Shown here one piece after another: positions 1-8,277 of a stretch of 64,000 nucleotides of DNA; the stretch's first letter is position 1, and each line of letters opens with the position of its first letter. The DNA comes from a bacterium (GTDB taxonomy: Bacteria > Patescibacteriota > Dojkabacteria > B142 > OLB20), in NCBI GenBank assembly GCA_021463645.1, contig JAJTYI010000006.1, positions 117,692 to 181,691 on the forward strand, in the 5' to 3' direction. The translations under genes and the position numbers were made by a program. The notes under the pieces were generated by a model, which worked only from the letters and a program-made list of their open reading frames with translations, was not told the origin of the DNA and searched no databases.

Positions 1-183
1 ACCAAACAAAGGACCTCTATCTTCTGGAATATCACGTGAACCAGTTAACTCTTTAACATCTGCTCTACAAATACCCATATAGTGAAGTTTTACAATGACT
101 TCGTTTTCATTTCCTGTCTCGAATTTGTTTTCAACAATTTCGACCTTACCGTTATTTAGCTTAGCGGACTTAAATATGATCAT
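1..183 (-). CDS. Zn-dependent medium-chain dehydrogenase/reductase family protein, N-terminal fragment (gene runs off the left edge)
   Basis: Not in the ORF track because it is truncated. Hand translation from the ATG at 183..181 gives MIIFKSAKLNNGKVEIVENKFETGNENEVIVKLHYMGICRADVKELTGSRDIPEDRGPLFG. HYMGICRAD resembles the catalytic-zinc Cys region (GxCxSD) of alcohol/threonine dehydrogenases. Confidence 0.5.
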   Translation of the reverse strand, partial: MIIFKSAKLNNGKVEIVENKFETGNENEVIVKLHYMGICRADVKELTGSRDIPEDRGPLFG

Positions 184-185
184 AA

Positions 186-644
186 TTATTTATTTAATAG
201 AAAAACAACCAACATCAACAGCGCACTCCACCACCCCAGAAAAGAAATAATAAAACTAATAGTGATATTCCTTTGCCAATTTGATGGAAGTAGTTCGGAT
301 GACCTCCCTTCTTTTTCTCTTCTCAGGAGAAATGGACTAACTTTAAATGACAGAAATTGACCGTTTAATATCAAGATGATTGCAACGATTAGATGATACA
401 AAGGGATTCCTTGTAGATCTTCGTTTCTATAGAAAATTATTCCACCCAAAACTGACAAGGTAATCCCTGCCCATATTAATGGTTTTGTAACTTTGTGAGT
501 ACGAGTCGTGGCTTCTGTCCAATATGTTGATTTCCTGCCTAGGAATCCATGTAGATCTATGACGGTGACAGCACCGAGGCCCAAGACAAATCCTGAGAGA
601 AACATAAAAAGTGAGGCAATGTCGTAGAAATCAGATGATGTCAT
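186..644 (-). CDS. hypothetical integral membrane protein (about 4 TM helices)
   Basis: 152-aa ORF with several long hydrophobic segments. It is tightly packed with its neighbours (2-nt gaps). No family recognised. Confidence 0.5.
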   Translation of the reverse strand: MTSSDFYDIASLFMFLSGFVLGLGAVTVIDLHGFLGRKSTYWTEATTRTHKVTKPLIWAGITLSVLGGIIFYRNEDLQGIPLYHLIVAIILILNGQFLSFKVSPFLLRREKEGRSSELLPSNWQRNITISFIISFLGWWSALLMLVVFLLNK

Positions 645-646
645 TT

Positions 647-1018
647 TTATTTCAATTCTTTCATATTAAACCATTGACGAAATTCAGTGCACTTGCCTTT
701 GTCGTCAAGAACCACATACCAAATTCCTTTCATCTCTACCCTAACTTTTGTGTCTATCAATGTAAAAATCGATTCTGCTGTAGCAATCCCAATATTGTTT
801 TTAACACTTATTATTTTGTAATCTACAGATAATCTTTTATGATTCAGAATACTTTGCCACTCTTTTAACAATTCTTCTTTGGTATTAATTGAGGGTTGGA
901 ATGGATTTTCATACCAGGAAAATTTATCAGCAACTATAGATTCTACTTTATTTGGTGTTTTGTTTAGCCAAATTTCTCTTAGTTTTTCAAACCACTCATC
1001 GAATTTGTTGTTTATCAT
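647..1018 (-). CDS. hypothetical protein
   Basis: 123-aa ORF in an operon-like array with 186..644. No diagnostic motif; a weak impression of a small alpha+beta (NTF2-like) protein only. Confidence 0.4.
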   Translation of the reverse strand: MINNKFDEWFEKLREIWLNKTPNKVESIVADKFSWYENPFQPSINTKEELLKEWQSILNHKRLSVDYKIISVKNNIGIATAESIFTLIDTKVRVEMKGIWYVVLDDKGKCTEFRQWFNMKELK

Positions 1019-1040
1019 TTAAGAAGAGTTAATATAATAC

Positions 1041-1197
1041 ACTCAGCTCCGCGGAGAGGACTCCTAAACCAGCAGTTAGTGAGCTATAAGTAACTATTAA
1101 GCTGGCCTGTCCTTGCGAAAGCAAGGATTAGTCCCCCGTAGCTTCAGCGGAGGGGGAGAACCTATCCATATGATGTTGAATAATACTATGTTTATAT
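1041..1197 (-). repeat. tRNA-Asn-linked structured unit ending in a 23-nt copy of the tRNA 3' end plus trailer
   Basis: The 23-mer ACTCAGCTCCGCGGAGAGGACTC (plus strand) occurs at 1198-1220, where it overlaps the tRNA-Asn 3' end, and again at 1041-1063. Between the copies lie three hairpins: TCCTTGC-GAAA-GCAAGGA (1110-1127), TCCCCC...GGGGGA, and CCAGC...GCTGG enclosing AGTTA...TAACT. No ORF. Confidence 0.7.
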
Positions 1198-1203
1198 ACT
1201 CAG

Positions 1204-1275
1204 CTCCGCGGAGAGGACTCGAACCTCTAACCATTCGGTTAACAGCCGATCGCTCCACCATTGAGCTACCGCGGA
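1204..1275 (-). tRNA. tRNA-Asn (anticodon GTT)
   Basis: Hand-folded cloverleaf. Acceptor TCCGCGG/CCGCGGA; D arm GCTC-AATGGTG-GAGC; anticodon loop CTGTTAA; T arm AGAGG-TTCGAGT-CCTCT; discriminator G. 72 nt, CCA not encoded. Confidence 0.9.
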
Positions 1276-1499
1276 ACCGAGAATATTAATATAGTTATTT
1301 ATAAAGAACTGTAATTGATGATTTTACCACTACTCTACATATTTGATAATTAAATCGAAAATTATTATTCGAATAATTGTCAAAACCTCCTAATTATAAC
1401 AACTAATTTACATATTATAAAAACTAATACCCCTAATAGTGAAAATTCATTATTCTCAAATTAAGTTGTATAATTCCCTATATATATTAAAGCTAAATA

Positions 1500-2105
1500 A
1501 TGCTAGATGAGCGATTTGTAATAATTGCCGGAATCATAAATATTTCAGGAATCCTACTCTATGTTTATGACACTATCAGAGGTCACTCAAAACCAAATCG
1601 TGTAACTTGGTTTTTGTGGTCATTAGTCCCTTTTATTGCATTCTCAGCACAAATAAAACAAGGCGTAGGACTCACGTCAATCCTCACTTTTACTTCAGGA
1701 TTTGGCCCTTTTCTGGTGTTAGTTACATCTTTATTAAACAAAAATGCTTATTGGGAATTAAAACGTTTTGATATAGTTTGTGGGGCAATTGCTATCATCG
1801 GGGTAATTTTGTGGTTGGTAACGAAAAATCCTAATTTAGCAATTATTTTCTCAATCACAGCTGATGGATTTGCTGCATTACCTACCTTGGTGAAGTCTTT
1901 TAAATTTCCAGAGACGGAGAGTATGGTTACTTATTTATTGGCTTCATTTGGGGCTTTATTAACATTGTTCACGATAGACACCTGGAAACTCGAATTCTTT
2001 GCATTTCCTTTGTACATCTTCGTCTTATGTTTGACCATAACCATATTCATTAAATTTAAAGTGGGTTCGAGGTTTGGATTTCAAAAAAATTCCGAGAAGA
2101 AATAG
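1500..2105 (+). CDS. hypothetical integral membrane protein (about 6 TM helices)
   Basis: 201-aa ORF, hydrophobic throughout. No family recognised with confidence. Confidence 0.5.
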   Translation: MLDERFVIIAGIINISGILLYVYDTIRGHSKPNRVTWFLWSLVPFIAFSAQIKQGVGLTSILTFTSGFGPFLVLVTSLLNKNAYWELKRFDIVCGAIAIIGVILWLVTKNPNLAIIFSITADGFAALPTLVKSFKFPETESMVTYLLASFGALLTLFTIDTWKLEFFAFPLYIFVLCLTITIFIKFKVGSRFGFQKNSEKK

Positions 2106-2168
2106 CTCTTTTCAAAAACTATCCAATAAAATAATCTATGCTAAAATCAAATAATTAACGTCTCCCAA

Positions 2169-2855
2169 ATGAACAGAACTTTCAATACCCTTTTCTTACT
2201 TATTTCAGTCGACGGAAAGATTTCAACTGGGAGTGTTCCCGATAGAGATGTAGACAAAGATTACAAAAACCTACCCGGCATTAAAGAAGGTCTTCATCAA
2301 TATTACGAAATAGAGAAAACTACAGATAATTTCTCCCTGAACTCTGGATTTGTGATGTCAAAAATAGGAGTAAATACCGAGAAAAATCCAATTCATTGTC
2401 CAGGTGTAAACTTCATAATCCTTGATAACAACAACTTAAACACCCAGGGGATAACTAATCTTTGTGATAACGTCAAAACTTTGTTTTTGGTAACAACAAA
2501 TAAGAGCCATCCAGCTTTCAAGCTTAAAAATGACAATCTAGAAATCATTTATTACGAAAGTGAAGTAAATTTTGAAGATTTGTTTATTCGATTAAGAAAT
2601 GACTACAAAGCCAAGAGAGTAACAATACAATCTGGAGGGACACTAAACTCAATCTTTCTAAGGAAGGGATTAATTGATCGAGTTTCAATCGTAGTGGCAC
2701 CTTGCTTAGTTGGAGGAAAAGACACTCCCTCACTTATTGATGGGGATTCATTAATATCTGAAGCCGACTTGAAGAATATCAAATCACTTACATTGGAAAG
2801 CGTTAAACAGTTAGATGATAACTATTTACATATTATCTACAAAGTTAATAATTAA
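2169..2855 (+). CDS. RibD C-terminal domain / dihydrofolate-reductase-like reductase
   Basis: The N-terminus FLLISVDGKISTG and the C-terminal segment VTIQSGGTLNSIFLRKGLIDRVSIVVAPCLVGG match the RibD_C/DHFR-like fold pattern. Confidence 0.55.
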   Translation: MNRTFNTLFLLISVDGKISTGSVPDRDVDKDYKNLPGIKEGLHQYYEIEKTTDNFSLNSGFVMSKIGVNTEKNPIHCPGVNFIILDNNNLNTQGITNLCDNVKTLFLVTTNKSHPAFKLKNDNLEIIYYESEVNFEDLFIRLRNDYKAKRVTIQSGGTLNSIFLRKGLIDRVSIVVAPCLVGGKDTPSLIDGDSLISEADLKNIKSLTLESVKQLDDNYLHIIYKVNN

Positions 2856-2857
2856 CC

Positions 2858-3433
2858 ATGAAAAACGCCATCATCCTTCACGGAACCTGCTCAGAACAAG
2901 AATATCTAGATACCCAATCACCACCTTTATCGTCAAATCATTGGATTCCGTGGTTACAAAAACAACTTTTGATTTTCGGTATTCACGCAAGAACCCCTCA
3001 AATGCCAGAAGCTCATAAACCTGATTACCTAAGATGGAAAACCGAATTTGAAATGACTATGGATGAAGATGTAAAAATTTTAATTGGGCATAGTTGCGGT
3101 GGTGGTTTTTTGACCAGATGGCTTTCCGAAAACACGATAAGTTTTGAGACAGTAGTCTTAGTAGCTCCTTGGCTCGATCCGGACAGAGTTAAAACAACCG
3201 ATTTCTTCGATTTTAATATTGATAAAAATCTCCCCACTCGAATAAATAACTTTTCTTTACTTATTTCCAATGACGACGATAAAGATATATTGGAATCAGT
3301 AGAAATGATTAAGACTAGCTTGCCTTCAATAAAGGTTTACGAGTTTGAAGATCGAGGTCACTTCACAATTGAAGAGTCAAAAAGAAACGACTTCCCTGAA
3401 TTACTCGAAGTAATATTAAGGGAAGCCGCATAG
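2858..3433 (+). CDS. alpha/beta serine hydrolase (YdeN/RBBP9-like)
   Basis: 191 aa. Contains ILHG...HWIPWL, the nucleophile elbow GHSCGG, VLVAPW and a late His (RGHF). Starts 3 nt after the previous gene. Confidence 0.55.
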   Translation: MKNAIILHGTCSEQEYLDTQSPPLSSNHWIPWLQKQLLIFGIHARTPQMPEAHKPDYLRWKTEFEMTMDEDVKILIGHSCGGGFLTRWLSENTISFETVVLVAPWLDPDRVKTTDFFDFNIDKNLPTRINNFSLLISNDDDKDILESVEMIKTSLPSIKVYEFEDRGHFTIEESKRNDFPELLEVILREAA

Positions 3434-3451
3434 ATTCAAGACTTGAATTTC

Positions 3452-3754
3452 TTATGCATTCATTTTCTTTTTAGCATCTTTCTTCGCTTCATTTACGTCT
3501 TTTTTCAATTCTTTCTGAGCATTTTCAGCTTTTTCTTTTAACTCCTCTGCTTTTACCTTTAATTCCTCTCCTTTTTCTTTAGCTTTTTCTTTGGTCTCTG
3601 CAAGTTTTGCTTCTGCATCAGCTTTCATTTTCTTTGCTTTGTCTGACTTTGCAAAAACACCTAATGCTGTTCCAACAGCTAGACCTGCTGCTGCTGCACC
3701 AACTGCTAATTTTTTCCCATTGCCTTTTGACGTATTTGCCATATGAAATAACAT
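3452..3754 (-). CDS. YtxH-like protein (N-terminal Gly/Ala-rich hydrophobic segment plus Lys/Glu coiled coil)
   Basis: 100 aa. The segment LAVGAAAAGLAVGTALGVFA is followed by a KAKE-rich helix. The true start may be the second Met (MANTSKG, 3742). Confidence 0.5.
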   Translation of the reverse strand: MLFHMANTSKGNGKKLAVGAAAAGLAVGTALGVFAKSDKAKKMKADAEAKLAETKEKAKEKGEELKVKAEELKEKAENAQKELKKDVNEAKKDAKKKMNA

Positions 3755-3886
3755 AAAAATTAAATTATCTGTATATATTATACCTATGAAAATCCTTTAA
3801 TTGGGGATGTTTACAAAATGTTGATGTAAATATTACAGACTTGAAACAATATCTCTATTTCAAGATTAAAGTTGTTGTTAGTAGTT

Positions 3887-4765
3887 CTATTTTATTACTA
3901 GTAGGATTAACCCTACAAAACTTAACGATGCAGCTATCAGTTTCTTTGATAAATCTTTCCTTTCTCTCAACAATACTATTCCCAACAACACGGTAACTAT
4001 ACTTCCCACCTGCCCAACGCCAGATACCAGAGATGCATTATCTGCTTGAGTTAACGCTGCAAAGAATGTTATTGCTGCAATAGCGTACAAGGTTGAAAAT
4101 AACAAAATTTTTGGACCGAGTTTATCTTTTAACAATCCCACCGATTCTTGAACTGTTTTAGGTCTAACAAGGAACAAAATTATTCCAGGCACTATAAAAT
4201 CTATAAAAAGATATGGAACGTAATCAAACCAATCCAATAAATATTTATCACTTACTGTTGCGATTCCAAACGTAATCGAGGCTAGCAAAGCATAAATCTC
4301 TCCTCTACTGAAATTAAAAATTCCTTTCAATGACTTTGTGTTCAAGAATATAATTGCTGATAGAATCAGTAACGCACCGGTCATTTGCACAAAAGTTAGT
4401 TTCTCGTCTAAAAACATGGTAGCCGCAAAAATAGTGACTACCGATCGAAAGGAATAAATTACTGTGAACCTTGAAACCTCGACAGTCTGTAGTGATTTAA
4501 AACCAAATGCTGCATGCAAAGCATACAAAACACTAGAGAATAATATGAATATATATAGATTATTAGAGAAAGTTTGTTCGATTGTGGGAAAATTTTGACT
4601 CCCGATAAACAGTGCTATTATCAGACACACAATAGCACTAATGATTTGCGACAAGGCTGAATATGAATAAGAGCCCGAGATTTTGTTTTTCATCAGAACT
4701 CTTTGCAAAATCGCACCTAAGGAACCTGTTACAACAGAGAGCGTTATAAAAATTAGCCAGTTCAT
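3887..4765 (-). CDS. EamA/DMT-family transporter
   Basis: 292 aa, about 10 TM helices, with a two-repeat architecture typical of the drug/metabolite transporter superfamily. Its start overlaps the upstream SDR stop in an ATGA overlap. Confidence 0.6.
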   Translation of the reverse strand: MNWLIFITLSVVTGSLGAILQRVLMKNKISGSYSYSALSQIISAIVCLIIALFIGSQNFPTIEQTFSNNLYIFILFSSVLYALHAAFGFKSLQTVEVSRFTVIYSFRSVVTIFAATMFLDEKLTFVQMTGALLILSAIIFLNTKSLKGIFNFSRGEIYALLASITFGIATVSDKYLLDWFDYVPYLFIDFIVPGIILFLVRPKTVQESVGLLKDKLGPKILLFSTLYAIAAITFFAALTQADNASLVSGVGQVGSIVTVLLGIVLLRERKDLSKKLIAASLSFVGLILLVIK

Positions 4766-5607
4766 TCTACTTCTCCTTGTTTAACATACGAAAATTCTGG
4801 TTCATCCTCCTCTGACCTATCAGTATATTCAACTTCTTTTACCATATTATTAATCATTTTCTCTGCCAATCCTGGAAAGAATCTGTATACGTTGGAGAAA
4901 GTTTGGCTTGAACCAGGAATAACGATTCTCCTCTTATCAGTGAACGTAGCCTTGTAAACTTCTTCTGCCACCTCGTCAACCGTAAGTGCTTTACCCATCT
5001 TGGAAATATCGATATCTGCTTTTGTAGGATCAAAGAACTCTGTTAGCACTGCACCTGGATGTAATGTAGTGATTTTAACATTAAATTTCTTTAATTCAGA
5101 TCTTATAGAATCAGCAAAACCTGTAATAGCCCATTTGCTAGCGACATAGACAGACCATTGTGGCATCGTAATCAATCCGGCAAGTGATGAACAGAAAATT
5201 ATGTGTCCGAAATTTTGTCTAACCATCACCTCAGTTGCGAATTTAGCAACCATAATCATACCTTTTACGTTTACATCGAGGACTTTTTCAATTTCGTCTG
5301 CTGGTAATTCATAAATATTACCTACAAAACCGATTCCCGCATTATTGAAAACTACATCAATTTGTCTACCGTCTTTCGTTGCATCCAAAAATAGATTTCT
5401 CACATCGTCAATTTTTGTTACATCAGTTTGGAAAACTTCTGCTTTTCCGCCAAGTTCTTCAACCTTCTCCTTTACCTCTTCTAGTTTTTCTAATCTTCGT
5501 GCAGCCAATAATACTGTGGCGCCATCCTTAGCTGCTCTTAATGCGAATCCCATTCCAATTCCGCTAGATGCTCCGGTGACTAGAACGACTTTGTCTTTGA
5601 GTTTCAT
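4762..5607 (-). CDS. short-chain dehydrogenase/reductase (SDR)
   Basis: Cofactor motif TGASSGIG, NNAG, and catalytic S...YVASK. Confidence 0.8.
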   Translation of the reverse strand: MKLKDKVVLVTGASSGIGMGFALRAAKDGATVLLAARRLEKLEEVKEKVEELGGKAEVFQTDVTKIDDVRNLFLDATKDGRQIDVVFNNAGIGFVGNIYELPADEIEKVLDVNVKGMIMVAKFATEVMVRQNFGHIIFCSSLAGLITMPQWSVYVASKWAITGFADSIRSELKKFNVKITTLHPGAVLTEFFDPTKADIDISKMGKALTVDEVAEEVYKATFTDKRRIVIPGSSQTFSNVYRFFPGLAEKMINNMVKEVEYTDRSEEDEPEFSYVKQGEVE

Positions 5608-5670
5608 ACTAAAAAATTAATAATTTAATATACGTATATTAACTGTTTATTATATTGTTTTCAAAATATA

Positions 5671-5925
5671 TCAATATTTATACAAAGGAGTTGCTGTCCA
5701 CTCTGGTTCGTATACTTTCCTTGGATTATTTAAATCTCTTAAAAATATTGAGTCACTAGTAACAACCGAACGCCACATTGCAGATTCATCGAAGTATCCT
5801 ATTAACCTTACCAATTGCTCTCCTGTAGGATAATAATCATTTTCGAGTATCTCAAAATATTAGAGTCCATCCATAATAATAGTTTCTGGGGTATATCTTT
5901 TTTCTTCACGAAATAGCTCTTCCAA
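5671..5925 (-). pseudogene. possible gene remnant with an in-frame TAA
   Basis: Hand translation of the minus strand gives one frame reading LEELFREEKRYTPETIIMDGL*YFEILENDYYPTGEQLVRLIGYFDESAMWRSVVTSDSIFLRDLNNPRKVYEPEWTATPLYKY*. The internal TAA is at 5860-5862. There is no ATG start and no family was recognised. It lies in an otherwise empty 415-bp gap. Confidence 0.25.
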
Positions 5926-6022
5926 TTTTTTAATTTAAACCCACGATTATACATCAAAGCCATTACTAGAATAATGTCCGAATTTATGGAATAATGTATA
6001 TAATACTTATTATCGAAAATTT

Positions 6023-6319
6023 ATGGATATCAATGATTTTGCTAAATTGGTGCTTGTTCTTTCTCTCTCGTTTAGTTTGGTCGGAATTGCGATACAAATT
6101 ATGCGACTACTCGGGACAACCAACGAAACTCTAAAATTGTCTCACGATATTCTAAAGAGCTTAACAAAACTTGGTGAAAAAGTTACAGAAGATTATTCAA
6201 AATTCAGTACTCACCTATTAACTCTCTCAGAATCAGTTTCAAGAATTGGTACGGATGTAGTAATACCGGTTGTTGGCTTATTTAGTTTTCTCGACAGATT
6301 TAAGTCTTCAAAAAAATAA
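6023..6319 (+). CDS. hypothetical small membrane-anchored protein
   Basis: 98 aa with an N-terminal TM segment (LVLVLSLSFSLVGIAIQIM). Confidence 0.4.
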   Translation: MDINDFAKLVLVLSLSFSLVGIAIQIMRLLGTTNETLKLSHDILKSLTKLGEKVTEDYSKFSTHLLTLSESVSRIGTDVVIPVVGLFSFLDRFKSSKK

Positions 6320-6355
6320 TAGTATTTAATTATTTCTACTTATTAAATATTTAAA

Positions 6356-6664
6356 ATGTCCGAAAATTCAAAAAGGGAAGCTCAATCTTCAGGTGGATTA
6401 CTCAGTGGAATAGTTCTGGGTGGATTAATTGGCGCGACTCTAGGTGTATTATTCGCTCCTAAAAAAGGTGAGGATACCAGAAAACAAATCAAGAAAACTG
6501 GAGAGAAATATTACAAAACTGGAAAAGTAAAAGTAGAAGAACTAAAAAAGAAGGAAATTGATCCTAGATTAAAAACACTCGAGAAAGAAGCGAAGAAACG
6601 CGTTTCCGATGTCGAAAGAAGTGTAAAAAAAGTTGTTGCTGATAAAACTCCAAGCAAGAAATAG
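6356..6664 (+). CDS. YtxH domain protein
   Basis: GGLLSGIVLGGLIGATLGVLFAPKKGEDTRKQIKK matches the YtxH signature (hydrophobic G-rich helix followed by FAPKSGxETR). Confidence 0.65.
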   Translation: MSENSKREAQSSGGLLSGIVLGGLIGATLGVLFAPKKGEDTRKQIKKTGEKYYKTGKVKVEELKKKEIDPRLKTLEKEAKKRVSDVERSVKKVVADKTPSKK

Positions 6665-6804
6665 TATTTGAATATAACTAAAAATCTCAAATATACTGTC
6701 ACTAGGCAATTTCTGTAAGTGATGATATAATATTAATACTTATTCTTTGGCTGTTAGTTGCCGTCTACAGCTGAGGATTCTAGTTAAATTATTAAAAACA
6801 TAAA

Positions 6805-7074
6805 ATGGCACTTACAAAAGAACAAAAGTTGGATGTTATTTCCAAATACCGCACTAGTGATAGTGATACAGGATCACCACAAGTTCAAATCGCACTTCTT
6901 ACCCACGAGATAAACGATCTTATCGAGCACCTCAAAATCCACAAGAAAGACAAGCACTCAAGACGTGGTCTACTTGGAATGGTTGGAAGCAGAATGAGAC
7001 TGATGAAATATCTTGAGAGAAAAGAAGGTGTCGAAGCTGTAAACAAATTAAAAAAACAGCTAAAACTTAACTAA
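6805..7074 (+). CDS. rpsO: 30S ribosomal protein S15
   Basis: 89 aa. [49 protein letters not shown] is typical of S15. Confidence 0.95.
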   Translation: MALTKEQKLDVISKYRTSDSDTGSPQVQIALLTHEINDLIEHLKIHKKDKHSRRGLLGMVGSRMRLMKYLERKEGVEAVNKLKKQLKLN

Positions 7075-7126
7075 ACTTTCCTTACAACTCTTTTTCCAAT
7101 ACCCTCTTTTTTGGGTACAATAGGTT

Positions 7127-8179
7127 ATGGCTTACGGAAATTATAAAGCACAACCTAAGTACTCAAGTTTGAGGCGCAAACGCAGGACCAATCTACTTCG
7201 CACCCCAGACATTTCGGGTTCCAAGCATATTCTATTGGGGGTGATATCTCTCATATTTATGGTTCTAGTTTCATTTGCGTTATTAAGGTTTATAACTTCA
7301 GGGTATTTCAATATAAAAGAAATTACTCTAATAGGTTTGAGAGGTATTGAATACACCGAAGTTGAGAACAATCTAAGTGAATATTACGAAGAAAACATAT
7401 TGTTTATAAGTAGTAACGAACTAGAAAAACACCTATCAGAAAGTTCCCCTTCTTTTAAATCGGTAAATGTAAAAAAGTTTTGGCCAAACAAAGTGCAAAT
7501 CTACATTTCAGAGAAACAACCACTACTCTATTATGTTAACTTTACAGGGGTTTACATAGTTGATGAAGATGGATTAATCACTAAAATTATTTATTCTGAT
7601 CAAATCAATTTCAACGACGAACAGTTAAATGTAATTACTGGTGCAGAAGGTATAGATTCCAAACTTGTCGAAGAACGTCTTGCGTCAGAATATTCCTTGA
7701 CTCAAGAGGAGCTTCCTGATGAAGAAAAGGTTGATTTTGACTTTAACACCGTCCCTATTGACCAAAAATTTGAGATGTTAAATACGATAAGAGAAGAACT
7801 AATTGATCAATCCTTAGCCATTCTCCAAAACTATGCGCTTCAATTCGATCCTAGTATTTACCCCGATTTAAAAACGGTTTATGTGTTTGAAAATAAAGAA
7901 TACGAAATCCGCGAACCGGTAGACGAAAAAAGAGTTAGTCTCACAAGTGAAGTTTTAAGGTTTTTATCACAAAAAAACTTAACTATCGTTGAGGTTAATT
8001 GGGAAGGAAAATTCCTTGTTAGATTCAAGACTGACACAGGAAGACAATACATCTTTGGTACAAATAGAATACTATCTGAGCAATTAGAAGATTTCGAGAT
8101 TTTGTTAGCAGAGTTTAGCAAAGAAAATAAAAATTATTCCGAAATTGATTTTAGCTCTCGCAAAGTTTCTGTAAAATGA
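7127..8179 (+). CDS. ftsQ: cell division protein FtsQ/DivIB-like
   Basis: Basic N-terminus, a single TM (ILLGVISLIFMVLVSFALLRFI), then a POTRA-like segment (FNIKEITLIGLRGIEYTEVENNL). Sits immediately upstream of ftsA-ftsZ. Confidence 0.65.
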   Translation: MAYGNYKAQPKYSSLRRKRRTNLLRTPDISGSKHILLGVISLIFMVLVSFALLRFITSGYFNIKEITLIGLRGIEYTEVENNLSEYYEENILFISSNELEKHLSESSPSFKSVNVKKFWPNKVQIYISEKQPLLYYVNFTGVYIVDEDGLITKIIYSDQINFNDEQLNVITGAEGIDSKLVEERLASEYSLTQEELPDEEKVDFDFNTVPIDQKFEMLNTIREELIDQSLAILQNYALQFDPSIYPDLKTVYVFENKEYEIREPVDEKRVSLTSEVLRFLSQKNLTIVEVNWEGKFLVRFKTDTGRQYIFGTNRILSEQLEDFEILLAEFSKENKNYSEIDFSSRKVSVK

Positions 8180-8277
8180 TATACTTTTTACTCTACTTGC
8201 GCATTGCTATGTAGTTAGATACATTTACATCGCACATCCGCTATAATAGAATATATTGATATTTCATTGAAATAACT

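Noticed and set aside
6749-6772. A hairpin (GGCTGT...ACAGCT) in the rpsO 5' region as an S15 autoregulatory structure
   Set aside because: It is only a 5-6-bp stem found by eye. S15 leader structures are lineage-specific and cannot be recognised from one sequence.
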